A DNA stretch of 64,000 nucleotides. It comes from Candidatus Omnitrophota bacterium (lineage in GTDB: Bacteria; Omnitrophota; Gorgyraeia; Zapsychrales; Fredricksoniimonadaceae). The translations under genes and the position numbers were made by a program. The DNA lies in assembly GCA_903860135.1 (NCBI GenBank), contig CAIOPG010000017.1:203364-267363 (forward strand), read 5' to 3'. This document shows positions 18,477-26,726 of the stretch, piece by piece. The notes beneath the pieces are model-generated. The model searched no databases, was not told where the DNA came from, and worked only from the letters and a program-made list of their open reading frames with translations. Numbering within the stretch: the first letter of the stretch is position 1; each line of letters opens with the position of its first letter.

Positions 18477-18803
18477 TCAATCGCCACTCTTCTTCAGCCG
18501 ATCCTTGCCCTTCTTAGTTAAACGATATTTCTGCAACCGACTATTAGGCTTATCGGGAATAGTAAATTCCACCAAAGAATCCGATACAAGTTTCTTTAAA
18601 ACATTCTTGAGCTGTCCGGAAACCTGCCGCTGACCCAACTCCTTCGATATATGAGATAAAGGCAAAGAACCATCCTTTAACAGGAACAAAACATGTTCCT
18701 CTAATGACTTGTACTGTTCTTGTACTGGTCTTGTACTGGTCTTCGGCTGCGACTTCGGCTGTGAATCTACCTTTGCTAGAGCATTCTTTCGCCAAACGGT
18801 CAA
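18477..18803 (-). CDS. hypothetical basic protein (108 aa) containing in-frame tandem nucleotide repeats
   Basis: ORF; 3 x 11-nt and 2 x ~10-nt tandem repeats inside coding sequence; alternative overlapping ORF 18550-18816 also possible. Confidence 0.3.
   Translation of the reverse strand: MTVWRKNALAKVDSQPKSQPKTSTRPVQEQYKSLEEHVLFLLKDGSLPLSHISKELGQRQVSGQLKNVLKKLVSDSLVEFTIPDKPNSRLQKYRLTKKGKDRLKKSGD
18708..18763. repeat. short tandem repeats (3 x cttgtactgKt, 2 x cttcggctg) inside the 108-aa ORF
   Basis: Visible directly in sequence. Confidence 0.6.
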
Positions 18804-18857
18804 AATAAAGAATCAAACACGATCAGCAGCACCCCCGCTATTTTTCTGAACATCATT

Positions 18858-20627
18858 TTAAGCTCCATGTTGTTTCTCCATCTCTTTGAACATCTTGCCG
18901 ATCGTATCGTTAATCTCGACCATTTTCCGGCATGTATCGAGCAAGGCCTGAAAGATATTGCCGGGATCATCCGTTGGAAGCGTCCCTAAATAACCCTTCA
19001 GATCCATAACAACAGGCGTGTTCAAAAGTCCTTCATTGAGCGCAGCCCAATCTTTAGGCAAAGTAGACAGCGCACTTTCTTCCGCCACGTCCCACGTGCT
19101 TCCGGCTGTCCCGTTGTCGATCCTGGCCTTCACCTCATTGTAAGAACCCATGATGATGCCTTTATCAGGAATATCGTCGATGATCGCCAGCGCAACGGCA
19201 AGCGTTTGACGGGCGCCCTCGACATCTCTTGCCTGAGATTGTGCTTCTGCAATCTCCTGCTTGGCGAGACTGGCTTGAAAGGGCGAACCTTGGATGCTGT
19301 CCGCTGTTCTCAACGCGGCTTCAATGTCCCCGGCGCGGGCCAGCCCTAAAGAAAGATATTGTTTGGCAATGGCTTTAAAATTGGGCTCCGTCGAATCTGG
19401 CATGCCATCAGCGATCACAACGCCATCAGCAAGAGTTTGTAACGCTCCCGCAAGGTCCCCCGCCTTCGTCTGCTCGCGCGCAACCCAATTCTTGGCCGTA
19501 CTTTTCGTGAAAAGATCATGGATGGCATCAACGGTATGAAGCGCCAGCTTTACATCCCCTGCCTTAGCCTGCGCCTCGGCAATGGAACGCAACAAACTGT
19601 CCTTGGTCGTGGCATCCCCGATCAGTTCGAGCGTTCGTAACGCAGCGGCAAAATCACCCCGTTTGAGCTGCGCTTGCGCGACCTTTTCTTTCGCAGAGCT
19701 TTTCGAACTGTACTCATCTTCCTGGATGTTATCGACGGTTTTAAATGCCGCCGCGTCATTTCCGGCCCTGGCCCAGAGATCCGCGACATTCACCAGATCG
19801 AAATATCTTGAATGCGCGTCCATGCCCTGGTTGGCAATTTTTTCGACGAGCGCAATGAAACGGGACAGGGCTCGCTCGCGAAGTTGCCGGATCTGTTCTT
19901 TGATGATTAACGCCCGAGAGGAATCAGGATCAGCGGCCAAATACGCGCCATACCACGCCATAGCCCTGAACTCCCTTCCCGGGATCCTTGATTCTGCCAG
20001 GCCAAGGTTATAGTCAATGTCCGCGTCATCCGGCGCGATCTTGCGCGCTTCTTCAAAGTTCAGGATGGCGGATAGATAATCTTTTTGTTTCGCCGCCACA
20101 TAACCCTTATTCATAGTGGCGTTCACGGCCTCTTGCTGGGAGGGGGCAAGATCAAGAAGATACAACCCGTCTGGAAACTCCATATCCAGAATAAACCGGC
20201 AAACAGTGGCCGCTGACTCCATCCGCACCGCTTCATCTGAATCCACCGAACCGGCATCCATGTCAAACCTGATGGTGTTGCCATTCTGCCAGGTCATATT
20301 TACGACCCGCTCACCCTGCGGATCCTTGGGATCAATGGTCGACGCGCTGATAGCTGCTACGTGCAAAGAATCCAATATAGCCAATATTCTCCTGGCTCGG
20401 GTCGAGCCCTCCCAGACCTCTCCTTCTTTCTGCCGGTGATCCATATAAAGCGCCCGCAGCGTGGAATATTCCGGTGTCTCCTCCATGATCCGCGTTACCG
20501 TAACGGCCAGGGGCCCAAACTTGTCGGCAGGTTGATCTGTCTGTGCCCAGGAAGGAATGCTAGTGGCAGAAGAAATAATGATAAATAATAAAGTGTTCCG
20601 GAAAGACCGGCTTAAAGGCAAACTCAT
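18858..20627 (-). CDS. secreted hypothetical protein with degenerate ~35-aa alpha-helical repeats (K/RAGDxxxALxTxDxI)
   Basis: Signal peptide; at least 4 copies of AGD..AL.T motif (HEAT/TPR-like); first gene of 3-gene overlapped operon. Confidence 0.5.
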   Translation of the reverse strand: MSLPLSRSFRNTLLFIIISSATSIPSWAQTDQPADKFGPLAVTVTRIMEETPEYSTLRALYMDHRQKEGEVWEGSTRARRILAILDSLHVAAISASTIDPKDPQGERVVNMTWQNGNTIRFDMDAGSVDSDEAVRMESAATVCRFILDMEFPDGLYLLDLAPSQQEAVNATMNKGYVAAKQKDYLSAILNFEEARKIAPDDADIDYNLGLAESRIPGREFRAMAWYGAYLAADPDSSRALIIKEQIRQLRERALSRFIALVEKIANQGMDAHSRYFDLVNVADLWARAGNDAAAFKTVDNIQEDEYSSKSSAKEKVAQAQLKRGDFAAALRTLELIGDATTKDSLLRSIAEAQAKAGDVKLALHTVDAIHDLFTKSTAKNWVAREQTKAGDLAGALQTLADGVVIADGMPDSTEPNFKAIAKQYLSLGLARAGDIEAALRTADSIQGSPFQASLAKQEIAEAQSQARDVEGARQTLAVALAIIDDIPDKGIIMGSYNEVKARIDNGTAGSTWDVAEESALSTLPKDWAALNEGLLNTPVVMDLKGYLGTLPTDDPGNIFQALLDTCRKMVEINDTIGKMFKEMEKQHGA

Positions 20628-21655
20628 TCGGCTCCCGTTGGACTTAGAAATTCTATAACAGTTTTCTCATCAGGCGTCACTGTAACGCCGTTCTCTTTAA
20701 GCAACATCCTGAGTTCTTTTTCGTTGAGATAAAGCCTTTGCTGCACACCTGCTTCATTGGAGTCGATCATCTCATACCAGGTCCCGCCTTCATGCTGAAA
20801 TGTCTTTGTCAGAACAACTTCATGCCCATCCTTCATCGCCCCATCATAAGGGACAAAATTCACCATCACCGGCCGGCCGCTTTCTAACGTCTTAACAAAT
20901 TCCCCGCTTGGCACGATCCTGACTTCCCCTAAAGCTTCCGCAACCAGGATCACCTCGCCGCCATTGAGCCCGCCCTTTTCAATGGTCTGCTGCACATCCC
21001 GACGCGCATCAACAGAGCGCCACGTGGCATCTTTAATAAATTCTGCCGCCCTGGCAGCGGCCACGCCGTATGGCACACCCGCCGCATTTGCCAAAGAAAA
21101 GACCGCACAGTCCTGATAGTTCGTCTGTCCACCGGCACCAGGCATCCCGGGCCCCTTTCCTTGAGATGCTTCCCACGCAAAGACGTCGTTATCACGGCGG
21201 GCTTGCACATCCTTCCAGATCAGCTGAACATCATCACGGCTTGCGTCATCGCCATCGCCTTTAAGCGTGTTCAACGCGGTCACGGCACGATCCTTTTCCT
21301 TATCCTGCCACGGCAAGGTTTTAACATGCGCTATCATGGCATCCCGAACCCACTTCTCCGCAGCATCAAGCACGTCCTTATTAAAAGCGAGGACCACAAC
21401 AATATAATTTGCCCGCTGGGTCTGAATGGCGTCAAACTCTTTATCCGTCTGATTTTCCGTAGTCTTGGCCGAGAACGCATCTGCAACGGCCTTAAAAGCT
21501 GCATACGCGCTATCAAGGGTCAGCGCTTGCTGATCAAACTGAATTTTGTCTGCAGCGGTTAGGGTAAAAGGAACATCTTCCCGGACGGGTATCAGATCTT
21601 CGGCGTAAGCTGTGGCACAAGACATGATCAAAAGCGCTGTTATAAAAGCTTTCAT
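20624..21655 (-). CDS. secreted hypothetical protein; C-terminal half has papain-like Q-x5-C ... H arrangement (tentative cysteine peptidase-like)
   Basis: Signal peptide MKAFITALLIMSCATAYA; GGQTNYQDCAVF and DGHEVV motifs; start overlaps upstream gene stop. Confidence 0.4.
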   Translation of the reverse strand: MKAFITALLIMSCATAYAEDLIPVREDVPFTLTAADKIQFDQQALTLDSAYAAFKAVADAFSAKTTENQTDKEFDAIQTQRANYIVVVLAFNKDVLDAAEKWVRDAMIAHVKTLPWQDKEKDRAVTALNTLKGDGDDASRDDVQLIWKDVQARRDNDVFAWEASQGKGPGMPGAGGQTNYQDCAVFSLANAAGVPYGVAAARAAEFIKDATWRSVDARRDVQQTIEKGGLNGGEVILVAEALGEVRIVPSGEFVKTLESGRPVMVNFVPYDGAMKDGHEVVLTKTFQHEGGTWYEMIDSNEAGVQQRLYLNEKELRMLLKENGVTVTPDEKTVIEFLSPTGAE

Positions 21656-21665
21656 GGGATATCCT

Positions 21666-22694
21666 CTAGTTTCTCTTCTTTTCAGTACTGATCACCCGAT
21701 GCAACACCTTGATCTTCTCTTCTTTCTTATAAACATCAAATAACTTTTCTTCTTTGATCTTATTTTGCGCGTCGATCGCGCTGGTGAGATCCTGCACAAC
21801 AGCAGAATCCTTAGCGACGATTCGTTCTGAAGTAAGCTTAGCGATCGCCTTATCAATAACGGCCTGCTCGGTCTTTAAATCGGCAAGCTCAGCCGTGGCC
21901 TTGAGCATGCGCGGGTCCGTGCTGGCCACATCTTTCGGTGGAGCAACTGTCACGGTCCCCATCAGCCGCCGATCGTTATCAAATCCTTGACGAGCTTGTT
22001 CGCTGATCGCCTCAAGGTCATTGGGATCACCAAATTCCAGAACCCCAGGTGCCTTGACAACCGTTCCTGCCGTTGCAGGACCTGTATCCAAATTGGCAGT
22101 AAATTCACGGATACGCGCATTGATCTTTGTTACGGCCGCAATGTCTTCTTTTTCCCGCACCCGCGCATTTGCTTCAGCCGCCTTACGCTCGCGCGCTTCA
22201 CGGGCAGGGCGTTCACGCTCTGCTTTCTCAGCAGCTTCAACACTTTCCACATGACGGAGATTCTCATCTGTAAAAGCCTTGGGCTCCATGCTGATCGCAT
22301 GACGTAATTCAGCGGCAGTTTTAGCCTCTGTCCATGCGATCACTGCTTTCGCTGACGAGATCCATCTGCGTAAAGTGGGCCCATCAGCAACCTTTTGCCG
22401 CTCTTGGCAAAGCCGTAAATATTCACGGAAATCTTTTCTAGCCCATACCGCTTGCACCTGTTCATCAAAAGCCCTGGCAATCGCATTTAACTCCGCGACC
22501 TGCTCCGGGGAAACTTCCCACTCCTTCTCACGGCGCTGCCGTGGTTCATTATAAACAGGAGACGGACTATCATCACCGCAGTTCATGCAAACACCCGTTG
22601 GATTCTGCCAATCATTCGCCTGAACAAGAACGGAAGGAAAAAACAGCAGGCCGCCAACAATCAAAGCTACACTTCCCGATAACTTTATTTTCAT
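21666..22694 (-). CDS. secreted hypothetical protein, charged coiled-coil rich (ERERPAREARERKAAE)
   Basis: Signal peptide, low-complexity E/R/K/A helical region. Confidence 0.45.
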   Translation of the reverse strand: MKIKLSGSVALIVGGLLFFPSVLVQANDWQNPTGVCMNCGDDSPSPVYNEPRQRREKEWEVSPEQVAELNAIARAFDEQVQAVWARKDFREYLRLCQERQKVADGPTLRRWISSAKAVIAWTEAKTAAELRHAISMEPKAFTDENLRHVESVEAAEKAERERPAREARERKAAEANARVREKEDIAAVTKINARIREFTANLDTGPATAGTVVKAPGVLEFGDPNDLEAISEQARQGFDNDRRLMGTVTVAPPKDVASTDPRMLKATAELADLKTEQAVIDKAIAKLTSERIVAKDSAVVQDLTSAIDAQNKIKEEKLFDVYKKEEKIKVLHRVISTEKKRN

Positions 22695-22850
22695 CTTTTT
22701 TCCCAGTCAATTTTAAACCCGTCAAAAAACCTTATAGGCACTATCATTTTCCAATAATTACCGACCAAATTCAATTTTATCTGCGACAGAAATCGTAATG
22801 GAAATATCTGCTTTATTGCTCTTTTCCGTAAACTGTCGTAAGAAATCGCC

Positions 22851-22894
22851 GCAAAGCCATAAGATAGTGCGTCCATCGGTCAGCCGTATGTAAC
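22851..22894. repeat. recurring ~42 bp intergenic motif, copy C
   Basis: caaagccataagatagtgcgtccatcggtcagccgtatgtaac; ~160 bp upstream of the 21666-22694 gene start. Confidence 0.55.
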
Positions 22895-23097
22895 TAGCAA
22901 AATTCTCTTATCTTGTTTCATATCAGCACTCTGTAATTTCATGGCCAAACTTAAAAATTTCTTAAACCGATGCATGGATACGGCTCTCCTCACGCATTTA
23001 ATCTTTATTCGATTCTCCTTGCCCTCCATCTTTGCTCCAGAAAAAAGTTTAACCGGGAATTTTTCTCCGGACTCATGATCTTTTGATCTGTTATTCA

Positions 23098-23867
23098 TCA
23101 AACCAGCTCAAGCCGCTGGAATCGCTCGATCAGAAGCTTGTCGAACGCTTCAGCCAATTCTTCGGGAAGGAATGACGCCGCAAGCCTTGAAGGGAACAGC
23201 TCTTTCTTACCCGCAAACTTCTCGAATCTGATCTTCTCCGGGATGCCGTTGTATTTATCCTGCTTCTCCAGGATCTGGGCAAAGTCCTCCTGGTGAACTT
23301 TCCGTCGCCCTTCCCGATCGAAACGCTTGACCACATAGGCCAGGCTCTTATCCTTCAGGTGCACCAGGCAATGCGCGGGCACATCGATCCCAATATCCTC
23401 GGCGATCGTCATGCAAAGCTCTTCGTTCTCCGGCAGATTTGCGAACGCCTGCACCTGCGGCTTAAGGATATATTGGCGACCCGCACCAGTGACTTCCAGA
23501 TGCGAATCACCTGCCCGGTCAGCCAATTTCACGGCAAGTTTGAGCTGCACGCCAGAGATCGACATCTTTCCAACCATCTCCTGAGCCTTTAAAGACACCC
23601 CGGCCAGCGTCAGGTCAATGCAAGGATCCCTGTCGATACCAAAGACTTTACGCCATAATGATCGTTCGTTCCTCATACGGCACCACTCTCTTTCACAGTA
23701 ACAGCGCAGATCGTGCTCTCACCTGTCACCAATAAGATCCCGAATTCATCGGACGGGTCAATTTTCCTTGTCGCGCACACGATGTCCCTGTACCATCCTT
23801 CTGAATTTAACCCGGTAAAGAATGGAAAAAGTATTGTTGATTCAAAAGGCGCCTCCCGCAAAGGCAA
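23098..23867 (-). pseudogene. hipA: hipA-like toxin gene remnant: frameshifted N-terminus (23673-23867 fragment) and truncated before the catalytic kinase motifs
   Basis: FFTGLNSEGWYRD...ICAVTV (HipA N-terminal region) in one frame, MSISGVQLKL...VKRFDREG in the next; total ~260 aa versus ~440 aa for HipA, no D-x-H-x-K-N loop. Confidence 0.5.
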
Positions 23868-23987
23868 AGAAAGAGAAACCGCCTTTCCGCTCTTGAGATA
23901 CGCGGGGTCATAGGTGAACCTGTACCCCGCGTCCGTTTCCTCAAGAACCCCGACAAGGCGGTCGTGATAAAAACATCAGCTTTTCTT

Positions 23988-24194
23988 TTATTGTTCCCTG
24001 CCATTACGCACGACCTCAAGATGGTGCCCCAAGAATTCAAGGACCACATTGACCTTGTCCAGACGCACCGTGTTCTTCCCCTGCTCGAGCTCTCTCACGA
24101 AACGGAGCCCGACACCGGCACGCTTCGCGAACTCGATCTGGTCGAGACCTGCTTTCTTTCGCAGAACCTGTATTATCTTCCCGATACTTTTCAT
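23988..24194 (-). CDS. hipB: HipB-like XRE-family HTH antitoxin/transcriptional regulator
   Basis: LDQIEFAKRAGVGLRFVRELEQGKNTVRLDKVNVVLEFLG HTH_XRE pattern; immediately upstream of hipA remnant. Confidence 0.6.
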   Translation of the reverse strand: MKSIGKIIQVLRKKAGLDQIEFAKRAGVGLRFVRELEQGKNTVRLDKVNVVLEFLGHHLEVVRNGREQ

Positions 24195-24419
24195 GATTAG
24201 AATATACACCCTAAAGGGTATAAAACAAGATTTAATATTGAAAGTCTGGAGAAACAATCATCCAAACACCATAAATACACCCTATCGGGTGTATTTTAGA
24301 TTTTACTTCTGAGCTGTTATCTATTCAATTCCATACGCCCAAAGGTAAAATCTTTTCCCTCCCTTCGGCCATATCAAATATCAATGATGACCGGCTCGTT
24401 AACCAATTGATAATCCTCA

Positions 24420-24989
24420 TCAAGGGCTGAACAGTTGATGAAAATCGATAGATAGGACTTCAATACTTTTAACAAGATATTGAAAAGACCCTTCAACGCT
24501 ACGGCCTTCGGTCACAACTGTGATCTGTGGTGATCCAGGGATATCATAGGGATCATCGATCCCGGTAAAATGTTTGATCTCCCCGGCCCTGGCCTTCTTG
24601 TAAAGTCCTTTAGGGTCGCGGCGCTCACACTCCGTCAACGAAGCTTCCACATAAACTTCGATAAAATTACGGCAGCTGCGCCGCACGGCCATGCGTGCGT
24701 CGTTATAGGGTGAAATGAACGAGGCCACCACGATCACCCCGTTGCGCTCGAGCAAAGAAGCGATATAACCAACACGCATGATGTGCTCATCACGGTCCTT
24801 CTTCGAGAAACCTGTCAGAGGGAATACCGCACGCACCGCATCCCCGTCAAGATGTTCGACACGAAATCCCTTGGCCTTGTAAAACGCACACAGCTTCTCG
24901 GCCAATGTGCTTTTACCGGAACCGGACAGCCCCGTTAACCACACCACAAAACCCTTGTTTTTTTCTTCTGGCATCATCAGAAACCCCAA
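24420..24989 (-). CDS. cysC: adenylyl-sulfate (APS) kinase
   Basis: GLSGSGKSTLA P-loop, LDGD motif, 189 aa; start overlaps TpsB stop. Confidence 0.8.
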   Translation of the reverse strand: MGFLMMPEEKNKGFVVWLTGLSGSGKSTLAEKLCAFYKAKGFRVEHLDGDAVRAVFPLTGFSKKDRDEHIMRVGYIASLLERNGVIVVASFISPYNDARMAVRRSCRNFIEVYVEASLTECERRDPKGLYKKARAGEIKHFTGIDDPYDIPGSPQITVVTEGRSVEGSFQYLVKSIEVLSIDFHQLFSP

Positions 24990-26677
24990 CGTACGGCAAG
25001 GTGGAACTGAGCCGCATGGTTGTCGGAAGGGTCATCGCCCAGCGGAAACCCTGTGTCAAAGGTGATATTGGAATCAGGGCTTAAATAAAACCTGAGACCG
25101 ATGCCAGCCCCGACCAAGGTTGTATCTTTTAACGACGACACCTGCTCTCGCTTACGATTAAAAACTCGCCCGGCATCAATGAACGTCGCCAATGAAAGCG
25201 CATCACGCCAGGTCTTGTCCTTCATGCCGACAACGTGCCAGGTCTCAGGGATAAAATAAACAGGGATACGCCATTCCTGCGACACACTAAAGCCGCTGTC
25301 GCCGGAGGCGTCGTTCTCGGGATAGCCCCTTACCGAATACATCCCCCCCAGGTTAAACTGCTCCAGAGAATTCAGGGCCGCATCGCTGAACTGCCCTGAA
25401 GCCTGCGAAATCAGCGCCATTCCCAGCGGCAAGCGCTGGATCCTCGCGAGATTGAGCGTCTCGTACACAAAACTTCCGCCGGAATCCATACGGCTGGCAA
25501 GGCTGTCATGGTGAGATGAAGATCCCATGAACCCTGCAGCACCTGTGTGCACATCAGCACCTGCAAAAGTGCGGCCGGTTGCATCATTAAACGTCACCCT
25601 CGGCCCGGCCACAAGCACCCGGTTACGGTCAAACGAAAACTTGTCCTTCAAAACGTCGGTCTTGGAATCCTTGATCTCAAAACGAACATCACCCTCCAGT
25701 CTCACCCTTGTATCTTCAACAAACGTGTGCGTCCATCCGGAGATAAAACTTATCAAATTGCCTGTCACATGCAGATCATACAAATTCTTTTGAAGACGGC
25801 TTTGCGCCCTACCCACATCCAAATGAAACACATCTCTCGTCTTGGGGATGGGCATTTCATAATGCATGGAACTCGCGTAAAGTGCCCCTGCCTCAGCCAT
25901 TGAAAATGTTGACTTAAGGCTATCCCCATGCCCGGTGAGATTATTATCAGTCAGGTGCAGGAGGTACCTGTCTCCACCGGTCAGCTTGGATCCGGTTAAA
26001 TTATACTCCAGCGACGCATGCAGCGGCTGCTGATCCTGAACTTTCATCAGAATATCGGTCGTACCAGGTTCATGTCCCGGCGCAAGGTAGGTCGTGGCAA
26101 AACGATCCGGCTGGGTGTTAATCTTGCGCAAGGCGTTCTCCAGATCCCCCATTTCAAAATGATCGCCACTGTTGAGTCCCAAGGCATTCCGGTACAGGCT
26201 TTTGCTAAACCAGCGCTCCCCCTCAACAGACACCTTACCGACGCGCACTTCGAGGATATGGATCGATACCACCCCGTCTACGACCTTCTGGGGTGGAATA
26301 TAAGCCCGGCTTGTTGTATACCCATGCTTATGGTAAAGAATAGTGATGCGATCAGCGAATTTCTGAAGATCGGCCAAGGACATCATCGTCCCTTCAAGTT
26401 GATGTGCCTCGGCCAGTAAATCATCGGACTTAAAAAGCCCGTTCCCCTCAATGACGATTTTCTTGACCAGAAATTGAATACCTTCCGCCACAACCTTCTT
26501 CTCTTCTTTCTTTTCTATGACAACTTTCTTCGAAGGCTGTACGGAGGCCTTATTCGCGCGCTCCAAAGGATTGGTCTGGGTGGTCAATTGACGCTGAACG
26601 ACTTCATTGACAGGTTGGGCAAAGACAAAAGCTGTCTGTACCAAGCATACACACAACAAAATTATGGATATTCGCAT
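24977..26677 (-). CDS. two-partner secretion outer-membrane transporter (TpsB; ShlB/FhaC/HecB family)
   Basis: Signal peptide, POTRA region, Omp85-type C-terminal beta-barrel ending ...LAVRWGF. Confidence 0.8.
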   Translation of the reverse strand: MRISIILLCVCLVQTAFVFAQPVNEVVQRQLTTQTNPLERANKASVQPSKKVVIEKKEEKKVVAEGIQFLVKKIVIEGNGLFKSDDLLAEAHQLEGTMMSLADLQKFADRITILYHKHGYTTSRAYIPPQKVVDGVVSIHILEVRVGKVSVEGERWFSKSLYRNALGLNSGDHFEMGDLENALRKINTQPDRFATTYLAPGHEPGTTDILMKVQDQQPLHASLEYNLTGSKLTGGDRYLLHLTDNNLTGHGDSLKSTFSMAEAGALYASSMHYEMPIPKTRDVFHLDVGRAQSRLQKNLYDLHVTGNLISFISGWTHTFVEDTRVRLEGDVRFEIKDSKTDVLKDKFSFDRNRVLVAGPRVTFNDATGRTFAGADVHTGAAGFMGSSSHHDSLASRMDSGGSFVYETLNLARIQRLPLGMALISQASGQFSDAALNSLEQFNLGGMYSVRGYPENDASGDSGFSVSQEWRIPVYFIPETWHVVGMKDKTWRDALSLATFIDAGRVFNRKREQVSSLKDTTLVGAGIGLRFYLSPDSNITFDTGFPLGDDPSDNHAAQFHLAVRWGF

Positions 26678-26726
26678 ACTGACCTTTTTAAGTTTAACCA
26701 GAATAGTACCACTTCAAACCCCAAGA

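Noticed and set aside
22691-23101. Two small minus-strand ORFs (61 and 73 aa) between the secreted-protein operon and hipA
   Set aside because: No motifs and AT-rich. The region holds the recurring regulatory motif and is more likely non-coding.
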